Assembly: GCA_002269645.1 (NCBI GenBank)
Contig: NIVC01000118.1
Coordinates: 299,413-363,412 of the forward strand
DNA length: 64,000 nt
DNA from: Macrostomum lignano
Taxonomy: Eukaryota
Direction of reading: 5' to 3'
Positions within the stretch are counted from its first letter, which is position 1, and each line of letters starts with the position of its first letter. The position numbers were made by a program, and so were the translations under genes. This document shows positions 1-14,588 of the stretch, piece after piece. The notes under the pieces are model-generated. The model was not told where the DNA came from. It was given only the letters and a program-made list of their open reading frames with translations, and did no database searches.

Positions 1-365
1 GGGGAGAAGGGAGAGAGGGGGAGGGAGAGGAGAGAGGAGGAGGGAGAAGGGAGAGAGGAGGAGGGAGAAGGGAGAGAGGGGAGAGAGAAGGGAGAGAGGA
101 GGAGGGAGAAGGGAGAGAGGGGAGAGAGAAGGGAGAGGGGGAGAGAGAGGGGAGAGAGGGCGAGGGAGAAGGGAGAGAGGGGGAGGGAGAAGGGAGAGAG
201 GGCGAGGGGAAGGGAGAGAGGGGGAGGGAGAAGGGAGAGAGGGGAGAGAGAAGGGAGAGAGGGGGGGGGAGAGGAGAGAGAGGGGAGGAGAGGAGAGGAG
301 AGGAGAGAGAGGAGAGGAGAGGAGGAGAGGAGAGAGGAGAGGAGAGAGAGGGAGAACGGAGAGGG
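1..365. repeat. Polypurine (GA-rich) ~20-bp degenerate repeat, truncated by the window edge
   Basis: GGGAGAAGGGAGAGAGGGGA-type units. Confidence 0.9.
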
Positions 366-844
366 GGATCAGGGAGAGAGGAGTGGTGTTGTAGGATTGA
401 GGCTTATGAGGAGACGAGAGAGGAGAGGGAAGAGAGCAGAGACAAGAGAAACTGCATGGACAGGAGAGGGAATAAAAGAGAACAACAACATAACACTATT
501 GAATGTCACAAACTGCTGTCGATATAACCCAAACGCTAACCTGAAACACTTCAAGATTTCATGCTGCATTTATTAATTGCGCATAAAAAACTCCTTGACT
601 GCTGAATTAAACACTGATTAGTAGTAACATCGGCACCTGCCTCGCTTAACATTTATAACACCTAAACTTCTCACAGGCTTCTCACAGATACCGGTAGCGT
701 TATTTTCGTGGTTTGTTGGGTTCTGACGTTAAAAGAAATTTTCTCTTAAATTAGCTCTCATCTGCATGTGCGTGTCGACTTGGTTCGTGACTTTTATTCT
801 CAAATATCATAAGCCTCAATCCTACAACACCACTCCTCTATCCC

Positions 845-1460
845 TGATCCCCCTCTCCTTTCTCTCTCCCCTCTCTCCTTCTCCCTCCCCCTCTTCCCTC
901 TCTCCCTTCCCCCCCTCTCTCCCTTCTCTCTCCCCTCTCCCTTCTCTCTCCCTCTCTCCCTTCTCCCTCCTCCTCTCTCCCTTCTCTCTCCCCTCTCTCC
1001 CTTCTCCCTCCCCTCTCTCCTCTCCCTCCCCCTCTCTCCCTTCTCCCTCCCCCTCTCTCTCTCTCCTTCTCCCCCTCTCTCCCTTCTCCCTCCCCCTCTC
1101 TCCCTTCTCCCCCCCTCTCTCCCTTCTCCCTCCCCCTATCTCCCTTCTCTCTCACCCTCTCTCCCTTCTCCCTCCCCTCTCTCCCTTCTCCCACCCCCTC
1201 TCTCCCTTCTCTCTCCCCCTCTCCCTTCTCTCTCCCCCTCTCCCTTCTCTCTCCCCTCTCTCCCTTCTCCCTCCTCCTCTCTCCCTTCTCTCTCCCCTCT
1301 CTCCCTTCTCTCTCCCCTCTCTCCCTTCTCCCCTCTCTCTCTCTTTTCCCTCCCCTCTCCGTTTTCCCCCTCTCTCCCTTCTCCCTCCCCCTCTCTCCCT
1401 TCTCCCTCCCCCTCTTTCCCTTCTCCCTCCCCCTCTCTCCCCTCTCCCTCTCCCCCTGAT
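845..1460. repeat. Polypyrimidine (CT-rich) repeat, reverse complement of 1-365
   Basis: CTCTCTCCCTTCTCCCTCCC-type units. Confidence 0.9.
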
Positions 1461-1990
1461 GCCCGTCTCCCATCTCACCCTCTCACGCTTGCAGTTGTTC
1501 TCCTGGCTTCAAAGAGGAATTCTAGCTATGCGAATCCTCGATTCCTTAAAATGCCTCTAAAATCGTGCTCAAATTTCATTTCCTATATATGGCTCTCATC
1601 TCTCATCTCTCATCTTGCTGGAGTCTTTTTGACGAGCTTTAATTCCTTTGAAATTAATCATTTGATGTTTTAAACATCACACTAGGCAAACAGGCTAGAC
1701 TTGCTACTCAGGCTTTTGAGGGCCTCAAATACTCAAGTATTTCACCAAGCCATTATTGAGAGACAAACGACTGAAAAATTACAAATATCTTAGATTATAT
1801 TATAGTACACAGAAATTCCTTTTATAAAAGAATTTCATTTCCAATTATAGGCATGAACTTAAAATCCTCTTCTTTGCCATTCTTCGCGCAAATCATCCAT
1901 TAATATTGTGTGTAACTATGTCTAACAGTATTGAGACTACGACAAATAAACTCATCCAACAGGTCTAGGTCCATTATCCATTATGAGACC

Positions 1991-2837
1991 GTGTCTAACA
2001 GGTCTAGGGCCCTGACCATGGCGTGTCTAACAGGTCTAGGGCACTGACCATCCCGTGTCTAACAGGTCTAGGGCCCTGACCATGGCGTGTCTAACAGGTC
2101 TAGGGCACTGACCATCCCGTGTCTAACAGGTCTAGGGTACTGACCATCCCGTGTCTAACAGGTCTAGGGCACTGACCATCCCGTTTCTAACAGGTCTAGG
2201 GCCCTGACCATCCCGTGTCTAACAGGTCTAGGGCACTGACCATCCCGTGTCTAACAGGTCTAGGGCACTGACCATCTCGTGTCTAACAGGTCTAGGGCAC
2301 TGACCATCCCGTGTCTAACAGGTCTAGGGCCCTGACCATCCCGTGTCTAACAGGTCTAGGGCCCTGACCATCCCGTGTCTAACAGGTCTAGGGCCCTGAC
2401 CATGGTGTGTCTAACAGGTCTAGGGCACTGACCATCCCGTTTCTAACAGGTCTAGGGCACTGACCATCCCGTGTCTAACAGGTCTAGGGCACTGACCATC
2501 TCGTGTCTAACAGGTCTAGGGCACTGACCATCCCGTGTCTAACAGGTCTAGGGCACTGACCATCCCGTGTCTAACAGGTCTAGGGCACTGACCATCCCGT
2601 GTCTAACAGGTCTAGGGCACTGAACATCCCGTGTCTAACAGGTCTAGGGCACTGACCATCCCGTGTCTAACAGGTCTAGGGCACTGAACATCCCGTGTCT
2701 AACAGGTCTAGGGCACTGACCATCCCGTGTCTAACAGGTCTAGGGCACTGACCATCCCGTGTCTAACAGGTCTAGGGCACTGACCATCTCGTGTCTAACA
2801 GGTCTAGGGCACTGACCATCCCGTGTCTAACAGGTCT
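1991..2837. repeat. 32-bp minisatellite, ~26 copies
   Basis: Unit GTGTCTAACAGGTCTAGGGCACTGACCATCCC. Confidence 0.95.
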
Positions 2838-3799
2838 GACCAACTAGCAGGCCCAGTCCGCAATCAATCACCTGATTCAATAATTTCTAACACACACGGA
2901 ACCGAATTTCATTGAACTCTAATATTCTCGATCAACCCTGAGCAGAGGCACTGCTCTGCCAAACAGAAAGATGGATAGACACTTGAAACTGAAATATCCT
3001 TCTCTCCCTGGCTCTTTGCACAGGGGGCGGGGACAGAATCCATTACGGGCTTGGCGGAGAAGAAAGATGAATGAATGCTGGATGTTGGCGATTCTCGGTT
3101 GAAAGGGCGCGGCTGCCCACCTGCGGCCGAGCTAGCAGAAAAGGCAAAAAGAGACCATGCAGAAAAGCGATCAGTGGCTGCCGCCGCCTTCTTTTAGCCC
3201 CGAAGAGGCTAAGAACACGCGCAGAAGACGGAGCCTTGTCGCGGGAACATCGCCTCTGCCGCTTCTGCCTCTGCTACGGCAAGGTGCTCAATGAATTATT
3301 TATGAAACAGTCGGCGTCTCCTACTAAGAACTAACACGCCTTGCAGCTCAAAAAAGGCAGAAAAGAAGGATGGAGAGAGAAGAAGAGAGGGAGAGGCCAG
3401 TGGAAGCGCAGGGTCGAAAGCAGTTTTCAGCTGCTGCTTGTGGGCTCAGCGTCTTGGTTGCTGAGGTGCATACATCAAAGCCCGTCTCAGCTCTTTCTTC
3501 TCAGCTTCTCAGCTTTAGGGGATCTATTTTTAGTCTCCCTAAGAGTCTGAACTCAGAAACGCCCCATTTGAAAGGTCCATCACTCATCACAATGGCCTGC
3601 AGGTGATGCAGGTGAAAAAAGAAATTCTGGGACAATTGATCGAGGCAGCTCGAGAGCACTTCTTGGTAGATTGCCCATGCCGGCGCATTTGAATTCGGGA
3701 ATTTCTAAAACAGCCTCCTCTCCCTCTGTTGCTTCTATCAGACTTGTTGAATCGCTTTTCGTTTTTTCGTTTTTTCATTTTCTGGAGAGGGGCATCCCC

Positions 3800-5515
3800 T
3801 GTCTCTTGGTGGTCGCCCCTGTCTTCTGGTGGTCGCCCCTGTCTCTTGGTGGTCGCCCCTGTCTTCTGGTGGTCGCCAGTGTCTCTTGGTGGTCGCCAGT
3901 GTCTTTTGGTGGCCGCCAGTGTCTCTTGGTGGTCGCCCCTGTCTTCTGGTGGTCGCCCCTGTCTCTTGGTGGTCGCCAGTGTCTTTTGGTGGCCGCCAGT
4001 GTCTCTTGGTGGTCGCCCCTGTCTTCTGGAGGTCGCCAGTGTCTCTTGGTGGTCGCCAGTGTCTCTTGGTGGTCACAAGTGTCTATTGATGTCGCCAGTG
4101 TCTCTTAATGGTCGCCAGTGTCTCTTGGTAGGCGCCCGTGTCTCTTGGTGGTCGCCAGTGTCTCTTGGTGGTCGCCAGTGTCTCTTGGTGGTCACAAGTG
4201 TCTTCTGGTGGTCACCAGTGTCTTTTGGTGGTCGCCAGTGTCTCTTGGTGATCGCCAGTGTCTTTTGGTGGTCCCCAGTATCTCTTGGTGGCCGCCAGTG
4301 TCTCTTGGTGGTCGCTAGTGTCTTTTGGTGGTCGCCATTGTCTCTTGGTGGTCGCCATTGTCTCTTGGTGGTCGCCAGTGTCTCTTGGTGGTCACAAGTG
4401 TCTCTTGGTGGTCGCCAGTGTCTCTTGTGGTCGCTACTGTCTCTTGGTGGTCACAAGTGTCTATTGATGTCGCCAGTGTCTCTTGGTGGTCACAAGTGTC
4501 TTCTGGTGGTCACCAGTGTCTTTTGGTGGTCGCCAGTGTCTCTTGGTGATCGCCAGTGTCTTTTGGTGGTCCCCAGTATCTCTTGGTGGCCGCCAGTGTC
4601 TCTTGGTGGTCGCTAGTGTCTTTTGGTGGTCGCCATTGTCTCTTGGTGGTCGCCAGTGTCTCTTGGTGGTCACAAGTGTCTCTTGGTGGTCGCCAGTGTC
4701 TCTTGTGGTCGCTACTGTCTCTTGGTGGTCACAAGTATCTATTGATGTCGCCAGTGTCTCTTGGTGGTCGCCCCTGTCTTCTGGTGGTCGCCAGTGTCTC
4801 TTGGTGGTCGCCAGTGTCTCTTGGTGGTCACAAGTGTCTATTGATGTCGCCAGTGTCTCTTAATGGTCGCCAGTGTCTCTTGGTAGGCGCCCGTGTCTCT
4901 TGGTGGTCGCCAGTGTCTCTTGGTGGCCGCCAGTGTCTCTTGGTGGTCGCTAGTGTCTTTTGGTGGTCGCCATTGTCTCTTGGTGGTCGCCATTGTCTCT
5001 TGGTGGTCGCCAGTGTCTCTTGGTGGTCCCCAGTATCTCTTGGTGGCCGCCAGTGTCTCTTGGTGGTCGCTAGTGTCTTTTGGTGGTCGCCATTGTCTCT
5101 TGGTGGTCGCCATTGTCTCTTGGTGGTCGCCAGTGTCTCTTGGTGGTCACAAGTGTCTCTTGGTGGTCGCCAGTGTCTCTTGTGGTCGCTACTGTCTCTT
5201 GGTGTTCACAAGTGTCTATTGATGTCGCCAGTGTCTCTTGGTGGTCGCCAGTGTCTTTTGGTGGTCGCCAGTGTCTCTTGGTGATCGCCAGTGTCTCTTG
5301 GTGGTCGCCAGTGTCTCTTGGTGGTCACAAGTGTCTATTGATGTCGCCAGTGTCTCTTGGTAGGCGCCCGTGTCTCTTGGTGGTCGCCAGTGTCGCTTGG
5401 TGGTCACCAGTGTCTCTTGGTGGTCACCAGTGTCTCTTGATGGTCGCCCCTGTCTTTTGGTGGTCGCCAGTGTCTATTGATGTCGCCAGTGTCTCTTGGT
5501 GGTCGCCCCTGTCTC
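3800..5515. repeat. 20-bp minisatellite, ~85 copies
   Basis: Unit GTCTCTTGGTGGTCGCCAGT with variants. Confidence 0.95.
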
Positions 5516-6199
5516 ATAGGTCGGTAGATTCCACATACAACAGGTAAAAAGTCTAGCTCATGTCATTCATCAAGCTTGATTATATCTTTAATTCAGTTTT
5601 TTGTGAGGAGCGATTGCAGGGGACCCCTGGCCCTCTCTCTCCTTGACACCAAAACAGCTTCGTAACCAGCAGTGGGTTCCGAGTTTAACCCTTAGTCAAT
5701 TTTCCGAGGTTAATCTAACGTTTCGAGTTTTATGACCATAAAATAGGCGCCCCAGAGATGCACGAACTGCACCGCTCTCTCCTCCCGATCTTACTCCTAT
5801 TCCGCGGGGAATTTCCAATGAGGCGGACATGGATTTCTTCATATACGAGCTGTCTGGATTGGAAACCGCCTTGAACGAAGCCATTTTTTCTACCAAATCT
5901 ATCCCTGAGTTTCCGAATCCAGAATCTATTTAGTTGTCCTTGAAGCGCGCGGAAGAATTGGCCGAACGAACCATAAAACTCCGACTCGAATTTGATCGCC
6001 CATCCTCCATCTCAGGTTCGAGTTCAGCTGCCCTGGACTGCATCAAGTGGAGCTCTCTGTGGCTATGCGCCCCAGACGCCAGTGGGAATTATAAAAAATA
6101 AATTAATATACAAGATACAAGCGCTGATGTATTGGGCGTTAGGTACAGCTGGATTACCATTAATTAGATATTAGATATATTAGATATATTAGTTACATC

Positions 6200-7512
6200 T
6201 GGATTTACCATTAGATACAGCTGGCTTTACCCCATTAGATACAGCTGGATCTACCATTAGATACAGCTGGATTTACCATTAGATACAGCTGAATTTACCA
6301 TTAGATACAGCTTGATTAACCATTAGATACAGCTTGATTAACCATTAGATACAGCTTGATTTACCATTAGATGCAGCTGGATTTGCCATTAGATACAGCT
6401 TGATTTACCATTAGATACAGCTTGCTTTACCATTAGATACAGCCATGGATTTACCATTAGATACAGCTTGATTAACCATTAGATACAGCTTGATTTACCA
6501 TTAGATGCAGCTTGATTAACCATTAGATACAGCTTGATTAACCATTAGATACAGCTTGATTTACCATTAGATGCAGCTGGATTTGCCATTAGATACAGCT
6601 TGATTTACCATTAGATACAGCTTGCTTTACCATTAGATACAGCCATGGATTTACCATTAGATACAGCTTGATTTACCATTAGATACAGTTTGATTTGCCA
6701 TTAGATACAGCTTGATTAACCATTAGATACAGCTGGATTTACCATTAGATACAGTTTGATTAACCATTAGATACAGTTTGATTAACCATTAGATACAGCT
6801 TAATTTACCATTAGATAAAACTTGATTTACTATACCATACAGCTGGCTTTACCATTAGATACAGTTTGATTTGCCATTAGATACAGCTTGATTAACCATT
6901 AGATACAGCTGAATTTACCATTAGATGCAGCTGGATTTGCCATTAGATACAGCTTGATTAACCATTAGATACAGCTTGATTAACCATTAGATGCAGCTTG
7001 ATTAACCATTAGATACAGCTGGCTTTACCATTAGATACAGCTTGATTTACCATTAGATACAGTTTGATTAACCATTAGATACAGCTGGATTTGCCATTAG
7101 ATACAGCTTGATTAACCATTAGATACAGCTTGATTTACCATTAGATGCAGCTGGATTTGCCATTAGATACAGCTTGATTTACCATTAGATACAGCTTGAT
7201 TTACCATTAGATACAGTTTGATTAACCATTAGATACAGCTTGATTAACCATTAGATACAGCTTGATTAACCATTAGATGCAGCTTGATTAACCATTAGAT
7301 ACAGCTGGATTTACCATTAGATACAGCTTGATTTACCATTAGATACAGCCGGATTTACCATTAGATACAGCCGGATTTACCATTAGATACAGCCGGATTT
7401 ACCATAAGATACAGCTGGATTTACCATTAGATACAGCTGGATTTACCATTAGATACAGCTGGATTTACCATTAGATACAGCTGGATTTACCATTAGATAC
7501 AGCTGGATTTAC
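6200..7512. repeat. 22-bp minisatellite, ~60 copies
   Basis: Unit CCATTAGATACAGCTGGATTTA. Confidence 0.95.
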
Positions 7513-7848
7513 CACCATAGGCAGACTGAAGGGGCCACTTAAAAATAGCTTCACTCGACCTTGCAGAGGAATTCGGTAGGGCGGATTGCATCTAGATGTC
7601 TCCCCTGCTAGGCCTCGTGTGACAGACAGAAATTTTCCCCAATAACTTCAAGCCAAAATCCCATGGAGCTGACAAAACCAATTACGCAGATGGGCGGGCG
7701 CACCTGACCTTCAGTCCGCAGTCCACTACACTGCGGCTGCTATAGGTAATTGAGTGAAATAAGTGCCTGCTAGATGTGGCGGACTTTAAACACGGGTTCA
7801 GGACCAAATCAAGTCTTTTATGCTATGTAGTGAAACTTTTAGACAGTT

Positions 7849-8705
<857 letters not shown>

Positions 8706-9196
8706 GTGAGCTTATTATAGAAATCGCGGTAATTTAAAAAAAACGCCCACAATGCCAGTGTCGCGATGGCTTTCCAATCATGGCAGAGACACAAAATGAC
8801 AAAAAGCTCCGTTGCAAGGTCGCTCAGTTGATAAAAATTCTCTTGGCAGGGCTGCAGTGTAGCAGGCAAGCAGTTGTTCCGACTGTTGGCCCGAGAGAAC
8901 CATAAAAAGCGCCTGCGCAGTTCCTGTTTAATAATAGCACTGCAGTATTCAGCCTGGAATTTGTACCTGTCACACTTGATTATCAGGTTCGTAGCTGAAT
9001 GGAGAGATTTGACGCATTGCTGACAAGTACGTTTCAAACAGGTAGGAATACACGCAGTTGAAGATTGAGAAGAGTGGTGAAAGCACTAAAGGGTTGCATG
9101 CTTATTTTTTGGAGTGATGGGAAAGTTTCGGAGTGCTTAGAGAAACACGAGGAAGTCACGATTGGAGTCACGTATGAACGGAGTAAAAAGGTACAA

Positions 9197-9452
9197 GGGG
9201 CGTCACCACCGGGGGGGGACAAGGGGGACATGTCCTTCCCCCCAGTAAAAGTTGTGGGGGGACATGCCAATGCTTTGTCCCCCCCACCCAATGGCCCGTT
9301 ATGAAAATCAATAATTTTACTTCAGGGTGACAAAATATAGTCCCTGCGGCGCTAAAATGAGCGCTGACAACACCGATTCTGAAAATAATTTACAGTACAT
9401 GCAGAATTCTTGGCTTTGTCCCCCCACCATAAAATCCATGACGACGCTACTG
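9197..9452. mobile_element. Degenerate hAT-like MITE
   Basis: Ends GGGGCGTCACCA... and ...TGACGACGCTACTG form an imperfect TIR. GGTACAA flanks both ends (9190, 9453). Internal GGGGGACA/TGTCCCCC repeats. Confidence 0.5.
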
Positions 9453-10023
9453 GGTACAAATATCATTGTTTACGGTTTGAGACGAAAGCAATATTGGTGT
9501 GATCAGTGAATCTTCAACTTAGCGGTTCATTACTTCTGGTGTTTACTAGAAACGTCATTGCTCTGTGTAGAGTAGCAGACCGTGTCAGACAGTGACAGGC
9601 AATCAGTTTCACAAGCGGCACGGTGCCTATTGGAAAACTGCAGGTTCATTAATACACCTGGACAAGCCAGTGCAATTTCATTACCAGATATGAACTGGCA
9701 AGGAGATCGATGAAACTCTCACGAATTCTATATCCAGGTAAATATTGCCTTTGAAAGGAAATATGAAAAAAGAAAGTTGGCAATGTGAGGTAAAGACGAT
9801 TTATTCAGCAAACGACCTTGAAAATCTCCAATTTCTTAGAACAGAATAAAAATAGAACGCAGTTCACCCAGCCTGCAAAAAAGAATTGAAAGTATAGGGA
9901 AAATACAACACTTCCCCCATGTGTGTCGCTTGTTTCATTCTTTCTTTAGCCACCCTTCTATAGGCCAAGTTCAGCGCTCCAGTGCCATCGATCGGCTTGT
10001 CGGTCGATCTAGAGGGGCGGTGG

Positions 10024-10086
<63 letters not shown>

Positions 10087-11490
10087 TCTGTCTCTCACAT
10101 CACTCTCACCCGCTCTTTTCTCTCTGTCGGCATAAGATGAGAGGGGGACTCAGTTTTTAGTCCCCTAAAGCTAGTGCATGGGATATAGTGTGCTGACGGC
10201 TCTGGGTGGATCGGTCTGACTGCAATAAAACTAATTATTAGATAGCTAAAGATAATTGCACCGTTAATCAGAGTGTTATGCGAGAGGCCGCGTTGGGATT
10301 CAACGTAAATACACGGCTGAATCAAGTCCATTGAATGTTTGAGGTGTGCAGAGGGGGCAGAGATATATAATTAGAGAATGATACATCATATAGCTAGCTA
10401 ATTATTAAGCCGATGCAAGCCAACAGACGAGTAGCGGACACCGCATCAGAGAATGGGAGGATGGTAGATTTCTATAGTTCATTCTTTACTTTACTATTTT
10501 ACGCTCCTAGTATATTAGACTAGCCAGTTGAACCCCCCTCCCGGAGCAACTCCCGCAGCAGAAGCCACTCGCTCCCCAGTGGCGCTGGGCCTTGGGGGCT
10601 CTGGGGGCTAAGCTTGTTAAATGGTTCGGAGGACAAGCCGACCCCAGTATACTGTAGCAGGGAGTAAAGGAGAAATTTTGGGCTTAGATGGGATAAATTT
10701 AGTCTGTCGTACAGAGTTCCAAAGGGAGAGGGCAGGCTGCTGCGGAGCACACACCAGCTCCGTCAATAAATTGACTAGGGGGATTTCACCCCAACCAATC
10801 CTTCCCCGTTTCCAAAACTCCCCACCCAACGCCGCTCTCTTTCCCGTCCCACACAAACACACACACACTGCTTCTCGTCCCCTCCGTTTCTCCCCCATCC
10901 CCCCAGTGAGAGCCACGCCAAGCGCGCGCCCGAAATCCCAGAAATAAAAAGTTGAACCCAAAACTGTTTTCTGTCCACTGCTGCCGCTGCTGTCGCTGCT
11001 GAAGGGCGTCCGCTTACCTTGACCAACCCCAGATCCCCCAGACCTCCCGGATCCCAAACCCCGCCTATTCTCAATTACCAACTAAGCTGCAAATCCCCCA
11101 GTGCAACCAGAGAGGTAGTACACTGGACGGCAGTGCTAACCGCCATAAGAGCTGGACCTTGTGGTACAACTGTGAAGAGGGAGGAAGGTAGAGAGAGAAA
11201 GAGACTGACCAAGCAGGCTTAAAATACTCTTGGACAACTAAAAATACCCTGAGACCCGTGTCACTTCTGCGTCAATTATATCTTCACACACAGAGAGCCT
11301 GTCACTGAAAGACAGACAGAAGTAGAGAGAGGCCGGCAGACAAACGACAGATCCGGAAAAAATTAGGATCAGGTCGAGGCGAAAATGCCCAGAAAAATTG
11401 CATCTGAACTGGGACTGCAGGTACTCGACTTGCTTCTTGGCTGAATCTGCCAGCACTTAGTTGGCCATTCGCACCTGACTAGAGTCCGAC

Positions 11491-11641
11491 ATGGATGCCG
11501 GATTCGTGCTCAAGCTTGGCCGAATTTTCAAGACGCCGTACGGCGGCCACGGAGTCGACTTCATCGATCAGCTGAACTACCAGTTCACAGGTGGCATCAT
11601 GATCATCTTCATTGGTATCATCGGCCTGCGACAGTATGTTG
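11491..11641 (+). CDS. inx: Innexin A exon 1; CDS join(11491..11641,14589..15222,22114..22522), 397 aa
   Basis: ATG at 11491 gives MDAGFVLKLGRIFKTPYGGHGVDFIDQLNYQFTGGIMIIFIGIIGLRQYVG, the innexin N-terminus/TM1 pattern (D..D.LNY...QYVG). Phase-1 donor G|GTAGGT at 11642. Not in the ORF track (short). Confidence 0.93.
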
Positions 11642-14588
11642 GTAGGTACTGTTGACTGTTTACGCGTCTGTCTATCTACCTACCTCTCTATCTATCTATC
11701 TATCTATATTAAAAATTAAAAAATTAAAAATTGTGCGCTTTAGGCGAGTTTATGTATGGATTTATCAAAACCTTACCGATAGTTTCAGAGTCCATGCTCA
11801 CAAATCAAGCTCATTGGGACGAATTTCACGGAAGATCACAAGCCAAGTCTTGATAAAAACCGTCCCGACAGAATCTTCTTCACTCGCAATTTGGGGTAGG
11901 ATAAATTAACGTCTCAGCTGGACTGACTCATCGCGCTTCAGGCAACGGCGCTGCATGTGGTGAATATTTTTGACAGTATTTGAAATTGCAAAAGGATCTG
12001 AATGCTGAGTTTCCCTTCGGTGAATCTCCGTTAGCCCTTGGGCTGACTTAATTTTCAATATGTGTAGAAAATAATCAATGCATAGATGCAGGTTTCGGGG
12101 TTGTATTTGACGAGATTGCGACTGGGATGAACGTCAGATTAAGACCGACTTTGTCCAGTTACAGAGGCTTATCAGAAGTAACCGGGCCTTTTATTCATTC
12201 AAAAGTGCACGAAGTGAGTAGGAAGATTAAAATTAAAAGACCAAAAATAGGTTTTTTGCAAACTCGAGAAAACTTTGACTAGGAAGACAAATTTCAAAAG
12301 AATTAAAAATCGATTCCAACAAATTGAATATACGCTTTAAGAGTCGGACAAGGCTACTTTGTGCACTCATTCATGCACCCAATCACACTGCACGGCGTGC
12401 CCTTGTACAGCTAGAAAACACGGGCCTCGATTAGCGCCAGCTCGCTGACGTGAAAACAGTTCCTGCAGGCCGAATGACTGCATGTTCGAAAGTCACAAGA
12501 GCATGTAATTCAGCCTAGGCAGCGCACAGGACTGAGTCTGAGGATCTGCGGGCGTTTCTTTCATCAGGATGAGGTTAGCGAGGATACTAGAGGATGACTG
12601 GGGACAGCCGCCTCTCCCCGGGGAGTCACCGCAGTGGGGGACAAATGCTGGCAGTAGCGTCAGCCGCTGGTGGAGGGACTCCGCGTCGCGCCTGATAGGA
12701 TGCCGCCATCCGATGGGCGATGATGAGGAGGCAAAGCCGGCCGTGACCTGGGGAATATTTATTTATGCCTACCCCACATCCTCGCTCGCCGCGCCCTCTT
12801 CTTCCTCCCTCTTCTCCCCCCCCCCTCAGTAAGCAGGACCTCAACGAGCTCCTGTGGGACAATGTATCGAACTGACGTTTATGCCGAGAAAAATGTTTGT
12901 TGCTAGGGTCCGCCGCCTCCCAGCACCAGTTCAGTCAGCGCCAGAAACGAACTGCTGCCCCAGCTCAAACCACTTGCTTCGATTTCCAAACTCTCCCCAG
13001 CTTCTCTTCACTCTGCCGCATCTCCTCATCTAAATCAGCCGAATGGGGCTCCTCATCCGAGCAAATTTGCGTCTGGAAATTATTCTCTGGACAAGAGTAA
13101 TGCCGGTCGCTACATCGTAAAACCGAATTCCGGAAACCGGGATTAGCCAGCTGGATCGGATGCGCCTACGCTCTGGGTTCAGCTTGGTCAGCAGTTTGAC
13201 ATTTTGGACCATTTAATTGTGTGCATTTAACATTCCCGGCGTTGCTAAATCTATCTTGTGTTGGTAGTTTATTAGGTTTTTTGCCAATGCCATGGGGCTT
13301 TTTAAAGCTTGCTTCGCAAGTCCCAGCGTCGCTAGCAGCGATCCAGCTTATCTAGACAAGCTTGACGGGCGTCACGCAGTGGCATTGCAAAAACTGCACT
13401 GGTAGCGGCGAACTGACTCTTGGTTGCAATTAAATTCAGGCACAGTAAGGAAATGGTAACTGTGCTTGAAAGTGCGCTCACAGGCAACAGAAACGCTTTC
13501 CCAACACAGAGTAAAGGGGGTGAATCCCCCGCCAACCACTCGGAACCACTGTTACTGTGGAACGTTAGGCTAGAGAGTTTTTAGCTAAACAGTGCCAGGA
13601 AGTGAGTAAGATCCTCGACTACAATAGCATAGCGCCACCCTCCTCAAGGTCCGCCTCCGCGTGCTGCGCCCCAGTTCTTGAGACTAGCGAGCGTTATGTA
13701 TATTTTTATATATTGCCCATATGTATATGGATCTACGAGTATATAGTTTTTTTGGGCTACATGCTGCTGTAAGTCTGTAAACTTGATCCACAATGGACGA
13801 GCTTTCCTCTCTAGCTCATTCTGACCATAGGCATAGCTAAATACACACATACTCTCTCTCTCGCTCTTTCTCATTCTCCCACTCACAGCTTGGATCAATA
13901 GTCCCTTGAATTCCGCACCCGTTCTCTCTTTCTTTTTCTTCTCTCTCTCACTCCCTCACTCACTCAACTCAACACCGGTGAAGGAATGAACAGGAGCTCG
14001 TCCTGAGTATGTTGTTGGTTAGCTCTGGGATCGTGGAGCGGGAGGTTTGGCGCCCCTTCACCCAGCGCCCCCCCCCCCCCCCCAGAGTTTGGTGGAGAAA
14101 CTTTCTTCGCTATCCCTCCCTTCCTCTTCTCTCCAAACCTGCTCCTTGTCGTTGAGACTTCTGCTGTGAATTATTCAACGGTTTCCTCATCCCGTAGCCC
14201 CCCTCCGGGGCCTTTGCTCCCCAGCTTCTCGTGTCTGCAGCCTGAGCGCGCGCGAGTATTCATGAGCCTTCGCCAGCCTCCCACCCCAGTGTAAAGCTTG
14301 AGGAGACTCCTCTAGCGATGGATGATGAGCCCGCCACCAGTTCCAACAGTGGGAGCGGGATCGGAAGTAAAAGTTTTCGATTACACCAGACTCAGGCTAC
14401 AGTCTGATGACCCTAAGCAGGAGTACATTCTCAATTCATTCTGCACTTATCATTTTCTGATATAAGCGTCATTCTTATTTTTATTAGTTTGCTACCGAAA
14501 ATCTTGTTTTCTACAGCAAGGAATCTAGCCTGTAAAAACTTGAAGTACACTTTGACAACATGCAGTCACACACTCCGTTCGTGCGCAG

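Noticed and set aside
766-1560. Pro/Ser/Leu-rich and Arg/Glu/Gly-rich ORFs (also 24356-25090)
   Set aside because: Translations of CT/GA low-complexity tracts.
2840-3790. Short ORFs at 3071-3778 as a gene or retroelement
   Set aside because: No recognisable motif, several stops in the best frames, and no consistent splice pattern.
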